Below are positions 52,616-64,000 of a stretch of 64,000 nt of DNA, one piece after another (positions within the stretch are counted from its first letter, which is position 1; each line of letters opens with the position of its first letter). Below the pieces are notes generated by a model. It was given only the letters and a program-made list of their open reading frames with translations. It did not search any database and was not told where the DNA came from. Location: the NCBI GenBank assembly GCA_963808765.1, contig CAWEHH010000030.1:302896-366895 (forward strand), in the 5' to 3' direction. A program made the position numbers and the translations under genes. This stretch comes from an uncultured beta proteobacterium. GTDB taxonomy: Bacteria; Pseudomonadota; Gammaproteobacteria; Burkholderiales; SG8-41.

Positions 52616-53449
52616 ATGAAAATCGCCTTCATCGGTGGCGGCAACATGGCGAGCGCGCTGATCGGCGGCCTGTTGCGGCAGGGGTGGGAGCCCACACACA
52701 TACGCGTGGCCGATATCGACACGGCGGCACGCAGCCGCCTGAGCGGCCGGTTCGGCGTCTCCACCCACGAAACGCCGCGTGGGGCCGTGGAGGACGCCGA
52801 TTGCGTCGTGCTTGCGGTCAAACCTCAGAACCTCCGCGAAGTCGCACTGGGTCTTTCCACTCTGATCTCCGACAAGCTCGTGTTGAGCATCGCCGCGGGC
52901 ATTCGCGCCCGCGACATCTCGCGCTGGCTCGGCGGACACACGCGTGTCGTGCGCGCCATGCCGAACACACCCGCGCTCGTCCTTAAAGGCATCACGGGCC
53001 TGTTCGCGCAGAAGAGCGTCGACGCCGCCGATCGAGAACGCGTTGAGCAGGTGATGGCGGTGGCCGGACCGACGCTGTGGGTCGATACCGAGGCACAGAT
53101 GGACGCCGTCACGGCGGTGTCCGGAAGCGGACCGGCGTACGTGTTCTACTTTCTCGAAGCGCTCGAGCGTGCGGCCCTGGAGCTCGGTTTCGACGAGCAG
53201 GCGGCGCGTCGACTCGCCGGTCAGACGTTCGTCGGTGCGATCGAGCTCGCCACCGAGAGCGCCGAGGACTTCGCCACGCTGCGCGCCCGGGTGACATCGA
53301 AAGGCGGCACCACGGAGCGCGCCGTTTCGACGCTGGACGCCCTGGGCGTGAAGCCTGCGATCGTGCGCGCCATCCACGCCGCTGCCGAGCGCTCGCGCGA
53401 AATGGGTGACGAGCTCGGCACGGACCCACCAGCTACCAGGAACGGGTAA
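52616..53449 (+). CDS. proC: Pyrroline-5-carboxylate reductase
   Basis: FIGGGNMA, LAVKPQ, RAMPNTP, SGSGPAY, VTSKGGTT. Confidence 0.97.
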   Translation: MKIAFIGGGNMASALIGGLLRQGWEPTHIRVADIDTAARSRLSGRFGVSTHETPRGAVEDADCVVLAVKPQNLREVALGLSTLISDKLVLSIAAGIRARDISRWLGGHTRVVRAMPNTPALVLKGITGLFAQKSVDAADRERVEQVMAVAGPTLWVDTEAQMDAVTAVSGSGPAYVFYFLEALERAALELGFDEQAARRLAGQTFVGAIELATESAEDFATLRARVTSKGGTTERAVSTLDALGVKPAIVRAIHAAAERSREMGDELGTDPPATRNG

Positions 53450-53451
53450 GC

Positions 53452-54030
53452 ATGCTAGAGAACGCGCTGATCTTCCTCATCGAGACGATCCTGGGGCTCT
53501 TCACGATTGCGCTCCTCGTCCGCTTTTACATGCAATGGGCACGCGCACCGCAGCGCAACCCGGTATCGGACTTCGTAAATGCACTGACGAACTTCGCCGT
53601 CCTGCCCGCGCGACGGGTGATTCCCGGCTTATGGGGCCTCGATCTCGCCACGCTCCTGATCGCATGGCTCGTCCAGGTGATCGAGCTTCTCCTCGTGCTG
53701 GTGCTGAGCGGCTTCCCCATGCGGGCCGATCCCGGGCAGGCGATCGCGGCAATGGCGCTGCTCGCCGTCGTGAGGCTCCTGCGGCTCGGACTTTACGTCG
53801 CGATCGCCGTGTTGATCGTACAGGCGGTGCTTTCCTGGGTGAATCCGTACAGTCCCGTTGCCGCACTCGCCAATGCGCTGACGCGTCCCTTCTTGCGACC
53901 CGTGCAGCGCATCATGCCGACCATCGGCAACGTCGACCTGTCGCCGCTCGTGGTAATCGTGATCTGTCAGCTCGTTATCATGCTCCCCGTCGCCTGGCTC
54001 GAGATGGTGTTCATGCGACTGCTGAGATGA
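53452..54030 (+). CDS. yggT: YggT-family membrane protein
   Basis: RNP.S....LT, LSWVNP, DLSP. Confidence 0.9.
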   Translation: MLENALIFLIETILGLFTIALLVRFYMQWARAPQRNPVSDFVNALTNFAVLPARRVIPGLWGLDLATLLIAWLVQVIELLLVLVLSGFPMRADPGQAIAAMALLAVVRLLRLGLYVAIAVLIVQAVLSWVNPYSPVAALANALTRPFLRPVQRIMPTIGNVDLSPLVVIVICQLVIMLPVAWLEMVFMRLLR

Positions 54031-54341
54031 GCACCGCTTGGGTCCGTTACGATGCGGTCGCGAGAACGCTTCGACTGTCCATCTACGTGCAGCCGAATGC
54101 GCGCACGAGCGATGTCGCGGGACTGCACGGCGAAGATCTCAAGGTCCGCATCGCCGCCCCTGCCGTCGATAACAAGGCGAATGCCGCGGTGAGGACGTTC
54201 TTCGCGCAAGTGCTCGGCGTGCCTCCGGGCAGTGTGACCGTGCTGCGCGGTGCGGCCAGTCGTCGCAAGATATTGGAAGTGTGCGATGCCGGCGCGGAGC
54301 AGGAGGCGCGGGCCATTGCTCTTACGAAGGGCTCCGGCTGA
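54027..54341 (+). CDS. DUF167 / YggU protein
   Basis: VQPNA, LKVRIAAP.VD.KAN, G..SRRK. Confidence 0.88.
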   Translation: MSTAWVRYDAVARTLRLSIYVQPNARTSDVAGLHGEDLKVRIAAPAVDNKANAAVRTFFAQVLGVPPGSVTVLRGAASRRKILEVCDAGAEQEARAIALTKGSG

Positions 54342-54421
54342 ACTGGTCACAACTGCTTGTTCGCCCAACAGTTATGCCAGACGCAGTGAGCCTTTGGTAC
54401 AACTCTGGGGAGATACCCGGG

Positions 54422-55198
54422 CTAGAAGCGCCAGGTGAGACCCACCGTTCCGAGCGTCGTGCGGGCGTGGCCGTCCCGCAAATTGCGCACGACGCCCACG
54501 GCGAGATCGAGTTGCTTGCTCGGTGAATAGATTGCGCCGATCTCGACATAGCCCATGCTCGCGCGTTCTGCACGATCCGCATTCGTCGTAATACCTGCGT
54601 CGAGCGCGAGCTTCCAGCGGTCTGTCACGTCCCAGACGGGCGCTACCGACAGGCTCCACAGCGTGCGTCTTTCGGCCGAGTTCAAGGCATCATCTTCGTA
54701 GCGCACGCGCTCGACCGAGAGATTCGCATGCACCGCACCGAAGCCCGTCTCCCGGGTAGCGATCAACGTCGTGCCGTAGGAGATCTTTGCCGCGCCGAGC
54801 CCGCGGGCCTCTCTCTCGCTCGAGACAGGCATCAGCACTTCGGGCTTGAGCGCGAAGCTCAGTTTGCTAGCCTCGTTTTCGTAGAAACGCCACTTGGCGC
54901 CGAGTGCGGCGTTGCCCAGGCCGCGCTCGGGAGCCGCGTCCTGCGGCGCTATTCTGAGGTAGCCCACACCGATATAGAGATCGAGCGCATCGGTGATACC
55001 GCGCGTGTAGACCAGCGGCAGCTCGCGTGTGACGTCTCTCGTACCCGGCGCCTTGTCCACCGTATGGTTGTACGCGATCTCGATCTGATTGCCGCCCGTG
55101 CCTTGCGTGCCGGTGTCGTCTGTAACAAGGGGCTGAAAAGGCGAGGCCGCGCCCGGCAGCAAGCCGACACAAGCCGCCAGGGCGGACGCGAGCTTCAT
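54422..55198 (-). CDS. Putative outer-membrane beta-barrel protein
   Basis: Signal peptide, QPLVTDDTGT, GAKWRF, alternating beta strands, C-terminal LTWRF. Confidence 0.75.
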   Translation of the reverse strand: MKLASALAACVGLLPGAASPFQPLVTDDTGTQGTGGNQIEIAYNHTVDKAPGTRDVTRELPLVYTRGITDALDLYIGVGYLRIAPQDAAPERGLGNAALGAKWRFYENEASKLSFALKPEVLMPVSSEREARGLGAAKISYGTTLIATRETGFGAVHANLSVERVRYEDDALNSAERRTLWSLSVAPVWDVTDRWKLALDAGITTNADRAERASMGYVEIGAIYSPSKQLDLAVGVVRNLRDGHARTTLGTVGLTWRF

Positions 55199-55241
55199 TC
55201 GGCGACGAGCCGACTTCGTTCCCTGCGCGGCATGCATATTC

Positions 55242-57008
55242 TCAGCCTTCCCGGGGCTGCGAGGTGGTTTCGATTCCCGTGGCCGATGCTTCATCGGCCT
55301 CGTTCGGTTTGGTAGCGCTCGGCAGTCTCGACACGTTGCGCGCACGGTTCGGCCCGCGCCGTTCGGCGAACTTTGCCTGCGCGGAGGGTGTGAGCTCGCT
55401 GCGCAGCTTCCGCGGCAACCCTGGCTTCTCCTGCTTCGCCGGCACGACCCCTTGCGCGTCGAGTATCTTGAATAGCGCCACGGCCCCGGTGAGGTTTTGC
55501 GTTTGCGCCTGCATCGATTCGGCAGCCGCCGCCGCCTCTTCGACCAGCGCGGTATTCTGCTGGGTCACCTGATCCATCTGGACGATGGCCTGATTGACTT
55601 GTTCGATCCCGGAGCTCTGTTCGCGCGAAGCCGTCGCGATTTCCGCCACGATCTGCGTCACCCGGTTCACCGACGCGACGACTTCGTCCATCGTCCTGCC
55701 TGCCTGGTCGACGAGGCGCGTGCCGTCTTCCACCTTGTGCACCGAGTCCGTGATGAGCTCCTTGATCTCTCGTGCGGCCGCCGCGCTGCGCTGCGCGAGC
55801 GCCCTCACTTCGGCGGCCACTACCGCGAAGCCGCGGCCCTGCTCACCTGCCCGGGCGGCCTCGACGGCAGCGTTCAGCGCGAGGATATTGGTCTGGAAGG
55901 CGATGCCATCGATCACCGCAATGATGTCCGCGATCTTCTTCGAAGCGTCGTTGATTCGGCTCATCGTCGCGACCACTTCGCCGACGACTCGTCCGCCGTT
56001 CACGGCGATGTCGGATGCGCCTGCGGCGAGCTGATTCGCCTGCTTCGCGCTTTCCGCGTTTTGCCCCACCGTGCTGCTGAGCTCCTCCATCGAGGAGGCC
56101 GTCTCCTCGAGCGACGACGCCTGCTCCTCGGTGCGCTGTGACAAGTCGGCGTTGCCCGCGGCAATCTGCCCGGCAGCCGTCGTAATCGCGCTGCTCGAGC
56201 TCATGATGACCGATACCGCTCGATACAGGTAGTCGCGCATGCTCTTCATTCCTGCAAGCAGGCTCGTAGTGTCGCCGCCGCGCGTCGTGACTTCGGTCGT
56301 AAGGTCACCCGCGGCGATGCGTCGCACGACCTCGACCGCATAGGCGAGCTCTCCGCCCAACCGGCTCAGCACACTGCGCACGGTGAGGAATGCCGCAATC
56401 AGGCCGAGCAGGATGGCGATCGCTGAAACCACGAGAATGACGAGTTTCGACGTCTCCGAGCTTCTTTCGGCTGCCGCGCTGGTCTGCTTCGTACTTTCCT
56501 CGATGACCTCGCTCAGGACCTCCATTTCCTTTTCGACGCTCGAGAAGGCCGCGTTGAACTGCGGCAACTTCACATGTGCAGCGGCGACCTCAGCGAAAGC
56601 GAGGCCCACCATTTCTTCTGCGCTTTTCAGGTAAGCATCGACCGGCGGCTGCACTTTCGCGAGCGCCTGCCTGATCTCGGCATTGAGCGGCGCGGCTTGC
56701 AAGCTCTTCATCGACTCGCGGAACGTGTCGACGTGCTCTTTGGCGGTGGTACGGATCTTCGTTTCGCTGTTCTGATCCTTTTTTTCGGCCGCCAGCAGCG
56801 CGGCATACACGTCGGCCTGGAGCCCCTCGTGCACCATGTCCGCCATGAGCTGGTCCTTCAAGGCCGAGCTGTTCAGGACGATTTCGTCCTTCGCTGCGCT
56901 CAAGTCGAGTGCAGCGAGATAGCCGGTGACCGCAACTGCCAGAATGGAAAGAATGAAAGTAAGGCTGAGACCGAACAGCCGCTGCTTTACGCTGAGATCG
57001 AACTTCAT
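55242..57008 (-). CDS. Methyl-accepting chemotaxis protein
   Basis: Two transmembrane segments, [37 protein letters not shown]. Confidence 0.96.
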   Translation of the reverse strand: MKFDLSVKQRLFGLSLTFILSILAVAVTGYLAALDLSAAKDEIVLNSSALKDQLMADMVHEGLQADVYAALLAAEKKDQNSETKIRTTAKEHVDTFRESMKSLQAAPLNAEIRQALAKVQPPVDAYLKSAEEMVGLAFAEVAAAHVKLPQFNAAFSSVEKEMEVLSEVIEESTKQTSAAAERSSETSKLVILVVSAIAILLGLIAAFLTVRSVLSRLGGELAYAVEVVRRIAAGDLTTEVTTRGGDTTSLLAGMKSMRDYLYRAVSVIMSSSSAITTAAGQIAAGNADLSQRTEEQASSLEETASSMEELSSTVGQNAESAKQANQLAAGASDIAVNGGRVVGEVVATMSRINDASKKIADIIAVIDGIAFQTNILALNAAVEAARAGEQGRGFAVVAAEVRALAQRSAAAAREIKELITDSVHKVEDGTRLVDQAGRTMDEVVASVNRVTQIVAEIATASREQSSGIEQVNQAIVQMDQVTQQNTALVEEAAAAAESMQAQTQNLTGAVALFKILDAQGVVPAKQEKPGLPRKLRSELTPSAQAKFAERRGPNRARNVSRLPSATKPNEADEASATGIETTSQPREG

Positions 57009-57171
57009 GCCTGTTGTACTCCCGTCCTGTCAGTTACCGGCTTCGTTATCGAACAAGCTCAGGACCTGTCCCAAGGTGTGATCCGTGCGGAATCAGGCAG
57101 TGCTGACCTGCCCAGGTTTTTAGGACCAGCCGGAACTTGAGAGAATGGCTCCCGCGACATCAGGGAGCCCC

Positions 57172-57435
57172 ATGAAGAAAGTCCGTTTCACCGAAGAACA
57201 GATGGTCACGATCCTGCGAGAGGCCGATAAAGCGCCGGTCGCCGAGGTCGCGAAGAAGCACCGGATCAGCGAGCAAACGATCTACAACTGGCGGCGTCAT
57301 TTCGGGACACTGGAACCCGCCGACATCAAGCGGCTGCGCGGCCTGGAATCTGAAAACTCGAAGCTCAAACGCCTGCTGGCCGAGCGCGATCTGGAGATCG
57401 ACACGCTCAAGGAGATCAACCGGCGAAAGTGGTGA
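57172..57435 (+). CDS. IS3 transposase OrfA
   Basis: MKKVRFTEEQ...ISEQTIYNWR...LESENSKLKRL. Confidence 0.92.
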   Translation: MKKVRFTEEQMVTILREADKAPVAEVAKKHRISEQTIYNWRRHFGTLEPADIKRLRGLESENSKLKRLLAERDLEIDTLKEINRRKW

Positions 57436-58277
57436 GCTCGCAGGCGCGTCGGGAACAGGTTGCAATGGCGTGTGAACGCGGCCTGTCGCAGCGACGTGCG
57501 TGCGAGCTGCTCGAAGTAGCCCGGTCGGCGTTGAAATACGAGTCGGTGCGAAGTGAGCGTGATGCACCGATGATTGAGGCGATGAAACGCCTGGCGGCGC
57601 AGTATCCGCGCTACGGCTATCGGCGCATCCGCATCTTTCTGCGGCGGGAGGGCTTCCACATGAGCCGGCATCGTGCACATCGGCTGTGGCGATTGGCCGA
57701 GCTGCAGCTGCCGCGACGACGCAGCCGACGCCGTGTGGCAACGTCCAGACCGCGGCCGATTCCGGCCACCGGTGCCAATTTCCTGTGGGCCTATGACTTC
57801 GTATTCGATGCCTGTGCCAACGGGCAGAACCTGAAATGTCTGACGATCATCGACGAATTCACTCGCGAGTGCCTGGCCATCGACGTGGCCGGCAGCATCC
57901 GTTCGCAACGCGTTATCGAGGTGCTGGCGCGGTTGATCAGCGAACGCGGTGCGCCACGCTACCTGCGCTCGGACAATGGCCCGGAATTCGTGAGCAAAGC
58001 GATCCTCGAATGGCTGGAGAAGGCAGGCATCGAGACGGCGCTGATCGATCCGGGCAAACCGTGGCAGAACGGGATGGACGAGAGCTTCAACGGCCGCTTC
58101 CGCGACGAGTGCCTGAGCCTCGAGTGGTTCCGCAGCCGACGCGAAGCGAAGGTCATCATTGAAACGTGGCGCCGCCATTACAATGAAGTCCGGCCGCATT
58201 CGAGCCTCGATTACCTCACGCCACACGAATTCAAACAGCAGCACCCATTCATCAACCAGGGAGCCGTTCTAAAGTAG
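57429..58277 (+). CDS. IS3 transposase OrfB (DDE)
   Basis: RYGYRRI, WAYDF, SDNGPEF, PGKPWQNG..ESFNG, YNEVRPHSSL. Confidence 0.95.
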   Translation: MVSSQARREQVAMACERGLSQRRACELLEVARSALKYESVRSERDAPMIEAMKRLAAQYPRYGYRRIRIFLRREGFHMSRHRAHRLWRLAELQLPRRRSRRRVATSRPRPIPATGANFLWAYDFVFDACANGQNLKCLTIIDEFTRECLAIDVAGSIRSQRVIEVLARLISERGAPRYLRSDNGPEFVSKAILEWLEKAGIETALIDPGKPWQNGMDESFNGRFRDECLSLEWFRSRREAKVIIETWRRHYNEVRPHSSLDYLTPHEFKQQHPFINQGAVLK

Positions 58278-58611
58278 CCACTGGCCCGAAATTCCCTGGG
58301 CAGGTCAGTGCGCGCCTGACGCGCGGTCGGATCGCGAGCGATTCGGCCGCGGCCGAGTTTTCGGTGGCTTCGACGAGGATCGATGAGCGTTGATCGGGCG
58401 GGAAGCCGCTCCTGAGCGCACCAATAGGAGTAACGGAGGACAACCGAGGGGCTTGAGCAGAGCGTCGGGCGGCTCCGCAGTAATCTTGATCTACCTTAAA
58501 CGGCCGCGCATGGGCGCGGGGCCTTCTGGCGGATTTCCGGTGCGACGCTTTTCGATTAGTTTAGTTAGGACCGGGACGCGGCCATGCTCCATCCACCCTC
58601 AAGCTTTCATA

Positions 58612-58775
58612 CCATCGGACTGAGCGTTAACGGCGGCTCGAATGCTTCGTTCCTGGCGACAAGGTGTCCCAGCGCGGACCGTTCGTTCCGCGCTGCCCCG
58701 CGTACGATCGGACTGAGTGTTACCGGCGCTCGAAGGCTTCGGCCGCGGCGACAGCCGCTCCCAGACGCCCCTGCT
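58612..58775 (+). repeat. Diverged family A tandem pair (period 93)
   Basis: ATCGGACTGAG.GTTA.CGGCG(G)CTCGAA.GCTTCG at 58614 and 58707; resembles the 23288 unit. Confidence 0.7.
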
Positions 58776-58780
58776 CGCGG

Positions 58781-60270
58781 TTACGAGAGAGTAGTGGTTC
58801 TCTTCTTCTCTTCGGCCGCCGGCTTTTCCCCCAACGGCCGCACGTACACCTCGATCGCACGCACGACGAGCGCGATTCCGACCCAGCCGGCCAGTAGCAC
58901 GATCGGCGCGGCAAGCACGAGCGGCCACACGATGCCGACGGCCGTCGAGCCGAGAAGCGCCGCGCCGACGACGGCCATGATGCCGGCTTCGGTGCGGCCG
59001 AGCACCCTGCGATTGGTGATCGCGGCACCGACCGTGTGGCCGATGCGCAAGCGCGCCCGCGGCGGCGCGCACGGCGCGCTGCCCTTCGCGCGCGCGAGCG
59101 CCGCGCCCGCGCGGCGCTCACGCGCGGCGCGCACGCGGCTGCGCGGGTCCAGCACGATCTCGGTCGCGTGCTCGAGATCGCTGCTCGTACATCTCGGCCA
59201 TCGCGCGCGCGACGCGGCACGTCTTCGATCGCGACGTCGAGCTCGTAGTTGCCGATCCAGCTCGCGAGATTGAGATTGGTCGAGCCCACACGCGCCCACC
59301 GCCCGTCCGCGACCGCCGTTTTCGCGTGCAGCATCGAGCCGTTCCATTCGAAGACGCGAATGCCGGCTTCGAGCAGCGACCGATAACCCGAGCGCGACAG
59401 ATGCGACGACCAGCGGCACGTCGCTCGTGCCGGGGACGAGCAGCCTCACGTCGACGCCGTCGAGCGCCGCGGCCCGCAGCGCCTGCACGTACGGCGCGAC
59501 GCCGACGAAATACGCATCCGGTCAGCCACAGGGTGCGCGTCGCCATCGCGGCGATGAGTTGATCGAGGCGATAGAGCCCCGCCATGCTCGGCGCGGTCGC
59601 GAGCACGCGCAGCGTGACATCTCCGCGCGCCGCGATGCTCGGCCGCCGGAGTGAGCTCGTCCGGGGCGAGCGGCGCGCCGGCAGCCGCCCACACCTGTGC
59701 GAAAGCCTCCTCGAGGTCGGCGACCGCCGGGCCCTCGCAGCTCGATGCCCGTGTCGCGCCAGGGCTCGATGCCGCGCGCGGGATCGCCCACCCATTTGCG
59801 GCTCACGCACAGGCCGCTCACGAAACCGACCTCGCCGTCGACAGCGATCAGTTTGCGGTGATCGCGGCGTAACCAGCCGAACGGGCTGTCGAGCGCGGCG
59901 GATTGAAGCGCCGCACCTCGCCGCCCGCTGCGACGAGCGGCCGCCATAGACGCGAGCTGCGCGACGCCGAGATCACCGAACCAGTCGTGCAGCACACGAA
60001 CACGCACGCCCGCGCGCGCGCGCTCGGCGAGCGCGGCGACGAACTCACGCCCGACCTCGTCATCGGCGACGATGTAATGCTCGAAGAAGATCGCGCGCTT
60101 CGCCTGCCGCGATCGCCTGCCAGCCACGCCGGGAAGTTCTCGCCCGCATCCTTGAGCAAGCGCACGCAGTTGCCGGCCACGAGCGGCGCGCCGGCAGCGC
60201 GCGAGAACGCCTGCTCGGCGAGGATGCGAAGCGGCGTGGTGACGGCGCGCCTTTCGGGCAAGTCAGGCAT
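58781..60270 (-). CDS. Cardiolipin synthase / phospholipase D family (multiple apparent frameshifts)
   Basis: Two HKD motifs: [11 protein letters not shown] and [11 protein letters not shown]...GSTNL. Confidence 0.88.
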
Positions 60271-60277
60271 GCAACCG

Positions 60278-61805
<1,528 letters not shown>

Positions 61806-61810
61806 CGCGT

Positions 61811-62419
61811 TTACATCACCGGCACGCCGAATCGCCTCAGAAGCTCGGCGGTTTCGGCGAGCGGCAGCCCCATGATGCCGGAGTAGCTGCCCTGAATGCT
61901 GCTGCACGAAAACCGCGGCGCGCCCCTGTATCGCGTAGGCGCCGGCCTTGTCGAGCGGCTCGCCGGTCGCGACGTAGCGCCGGATCTCCTCCTCGCTCAT
62001 CGGCTTCAACCACACTCGAGAGGTCGAAATCGCGCGTTCGAGTGCGAGCGGCAGCGCAAATGGCGACCGCCGTGAGGACCTGATGCTCGCGCCCGGCCAG
62101 CCCGCGCAGCATGCGCACCGCGTCTTCGCGATCGGCCGGCTTGCCGATGATACGGCCGTCACTCACGATGGTCGTGTCGGCCGCGAGCACGGGGGTCGCA
62201 GGCAGCGTGCGCTTGCCGAGATAGTGAGACGCAACCTCGGCCTTCGTAGTCGCGATGCGCAGGACGTAACTGTCCGGCGGTTCGTTCGGCATACGGCGTC
62301 TCGTCGACGTCGGCGCCGCGTGTGAGATCCTCGCGCAGCAGCACGATCTCGAAGGTGACGCCGATCTGCTTCAGCAGCTCGCGGCGGCGGGGGCTGCGCG
62401 AGGCGAGATAGATCCTCAT
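61811..62419 (-). CDS. maf: Maf nucleotide pyrophosphatase (apparent frameshifts)
   Basis: [32 protein letters not shown]. Confidence 0.93.
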
Positions 62420-62503
62420 GATCCGGGTCGATCGTAAGAAAGCGGAAGCTCAATGGTAAAGGGTCGCGGCCCTGCCGGTGTGAAACGCGCGATGGCGGTC
62501 GCT

Positions 62504-62654
62504 TAGAACCACCCCCCTTATCGGTGAGCGGCGCGCCTGGGACAGGCTGTCGGCGCGAACGTGTCATTCAGGCCCCAATCAGCACTCACGTCCGAGTCTA
62601 CGAGGGCTAAGGCAGAAGGAAGCCGCCCGAGCCGAAGGCGAGTGCCGCCCCCTA
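62504..62654 (-). repeat. Composite element: B half-unit fused to an A unit and terminal motif, starting at the rlmH TAG
   Basis: Reverse complement: TAGGGGGCGGCACTCGCCTTCGGCTCGGGC...GCCCTCGTAGACTCGGACGTGAGTGCTGA...GACAGCCTGTCCCAGGCGCGCCGCTCACCGATAAGGGGGGTGGTTCTA. Confidence 0.88.
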
Positions 62655-63127
62655 GCCACGATGGTAGGGCAATCCTTTGCGTATCGACACGGCACGGTAG
62701 AGCTGCTCGGCGAGGATCACGCGCACGAGCGCGTGCGGCAGCGTGAGCGGGAGAGCGACCATCTGAAGTCGGCCGCCCGCACGATCGTCTCCGACAGGCC
62801 ATCCGCGCCGCCGATCACGAATGCGACATCGCCGCGGCTCTGCCACTCGGAAGGCGCGATGCCAGCGCCTCGGTCGTGCAGCTCCGACCGCGCTCGTCGA
62901 GCACGACCATGAAGCAGCGCGGCGACAAGGCCGTGACGATGCGCTTCGCTTCCGCGTCCAGTATGCGCTTCACTCCGGCGGCGCGCTCCGATCGCTGCCG
63001 CGCGGCTCGGGCTTCACGTCAATCAGCTCGAGTCGGCCTCCCTCGGCATGCGGCGTGCGTACTCCTCGAAGCCCGCTTCGACCCACGCCGGCATGCGGTT
63101 GCCGACGGCGACGACCAGCAGGTTCAT
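62652..63127 (-). CDS. rlmH: 23S rRNA m3Psi1915 methyltransferase (apparent frameshifts)
   Basis: [41 protein letters not shown]...PYHR. Confidence 0.93.
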
Positions 63128-63131
63128 ACCC

Positions 63132-63220
63132 TAGAACCACCCCTTATCGGTGAGCGGGGGCTGCGGAGCAGCCAGTATTTCCATCAATATGTACGAGGCC
63201 TCGAGCAGAACGTACGGGGC
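63132..63220 (-). repeat. Internally deleted family A unit with terminal motif
   Basis: TAGAACCACCCCTTATCGGTGAGCGG...CAGTATTTCCATCAATATGTACGAGGCCTCGAGCAGAAC. Confidence 0.85.
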
Positions 63221-63264
63221 GCCGCGCGGCTGCCGTCGCGAGCGTGACAGGAATCCCCGACCGC

Positions 63265-63634
63265 TCAAGAGGTCGCGGGAGCCGCAGCGCGCTCTTGCGC
63301 CGCCCCCTGGCGCGCGGTGGCGTCCAGAGCTCTTCGAGGTTGTAGTGCTGGCGCACGGCGGGCTGCATGATGTGCACGATCACCGCGCCCAGGTCGACGA
63401 GCACCCATTCGCCCGTCTGCTCGCCTTCCACGCCGCCGATCCGGTACGCCCTGCGCTTTCAGCTTTTCCTGCACGTTGCGCGCCATCGCCTTCGCCTGGC
63501 GCGCGAATCCGCGCTCGCGATGATGATCTTGTCGAACAGCGACGTCAGTTTGCGCACGTCGAGCACGACGATGTCGCGCCCCTTGATGTCCTCGAGCGCG
63601 TCGACCGTCGCTTTACCAGTTTGTCCAGTCTCAT
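63265..63634 (-). CDS. rsfS: Ribosome silencing factor (apparent frameshifts)
   Basis: ALEDIKG.DIVVLDV; EG...[24 protein letters not shown]. Confidence 0.92.
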
Positions 63635-64000
63635 CAAATCCTTGCTATACAGGCCTTGCGAACGAATATAGTCGAGAACCGAGTCGGGAAGCAAATAGCG
63701 CGCGCTCGCGCCGTCGCGCACGGCGTGCGCACGAACGTCGCCGAGATGTCGAGCCCGGTCATCGAGACCGCCGCGATACCGCCCGCGGGCGCGAGATGCA
63801 CGGCGAGCGGCTGCTGCATGGAGCGGGCCGCGTACTCGTGCGCGAGGGGCTCCGGCATGCGCGCCTGCCACGTGTCGATGGGGAAGCCCGGGCGATACGC
63901 GACGACGATGTGCGCGAGATCGAACAGCGCGTGCCAGCGATGCCACGTCGCGAGATCGAGGAAAGCATCGGCGCCGAGCAGCAGCACGAGCGAGCGGTGC
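63634..64000 (-). CDS. nadD: Nicotinate-nucleotide adenylyltransferase (partial)
   Basis: LLGADAF..L.TWHRW, RPG, DISAT, YLLPDSVLDYI....LY. Confidence 0.92.
   Translation of the reverse strand, partial: HRSLVLLLGADAFLDLATWHRWHALFDLAHIVVAYRPGFPIDTWQARMPEPLAHEYAARSMQQPLAVHLAPAGGIAAVSMTGLDISATFVRTPCATARARAICFPTRFSTIFVRKACIARI

Larger units (their letters stand above)
57104..58307 (+). mobile_element. IS3-family (IS407 group) insertion sequence, 1204 bp, 4-bp GTGC direct repeat
   Basis: TGACCTGCCCAGG...CCTGGGCAGGTCA; GTGC at 57100-57103 and 58308-58311. Confidence 0.95.

Noticed and set aside
58312..58610. c-di-GMP riboswitch upstream of the MCP, or Mg riboswitch upstream of mgtE
   Set aside because: I could not find the GCAAA..GAAA..GGGACGCAAA consensus, and the mgtE upstream gap is short. 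An Rfam scan would be definitive.

Overview
GC-rich betaproteobacterial chromosome segment (Burkholderiales/Rhodocyclales-like gene order), mostly housekeeping. It holds a TctD/TctE-like two-component pair, miaB-phoH-ybeY-corC-lnt-glyQS-gmhB-plsC-M48-lipoprotein-lysA, an ECF sigma/anti-sigma pair, mgtE, a TPR/GT41 glycosyltransferase, a porin, the FAD oxidoreductase-HIT-DUF971-ubiE-Tim44-ubiJ-ubiB cluster, nodIJ-like ABC genes, pilTU-yggS-proC-yggT-yggU, an MCP, and nadD-rsfS-rlmH-maf-rng-cls. Many essential genes carry frameshifts, densest at about 1-17 kb and 59-64 kb. These look like long-read indel errors, not pseudogenes. Two intact IS elements are present (IS5/IS427-group and IS3/IS407-group). 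Two observations stand out. (1) An AT-rich, unannotated locus after lysA encodes a 20-aa peptide, MAAKKKAKKKAAKKKAAKKK, with its own candidate promoter, structured leader/uORF, strong RBS and downstream hairpin. (2) A modular family of intergenic repeats (about 93-bp A units with a conserved GGGGTGGTTCTA end, and about 85-bp B hairpin units) recurs at about 10 loci, often flush with TAG stop codons or gene starts. Family assignments come from recognised motifs only; no database searches were run.
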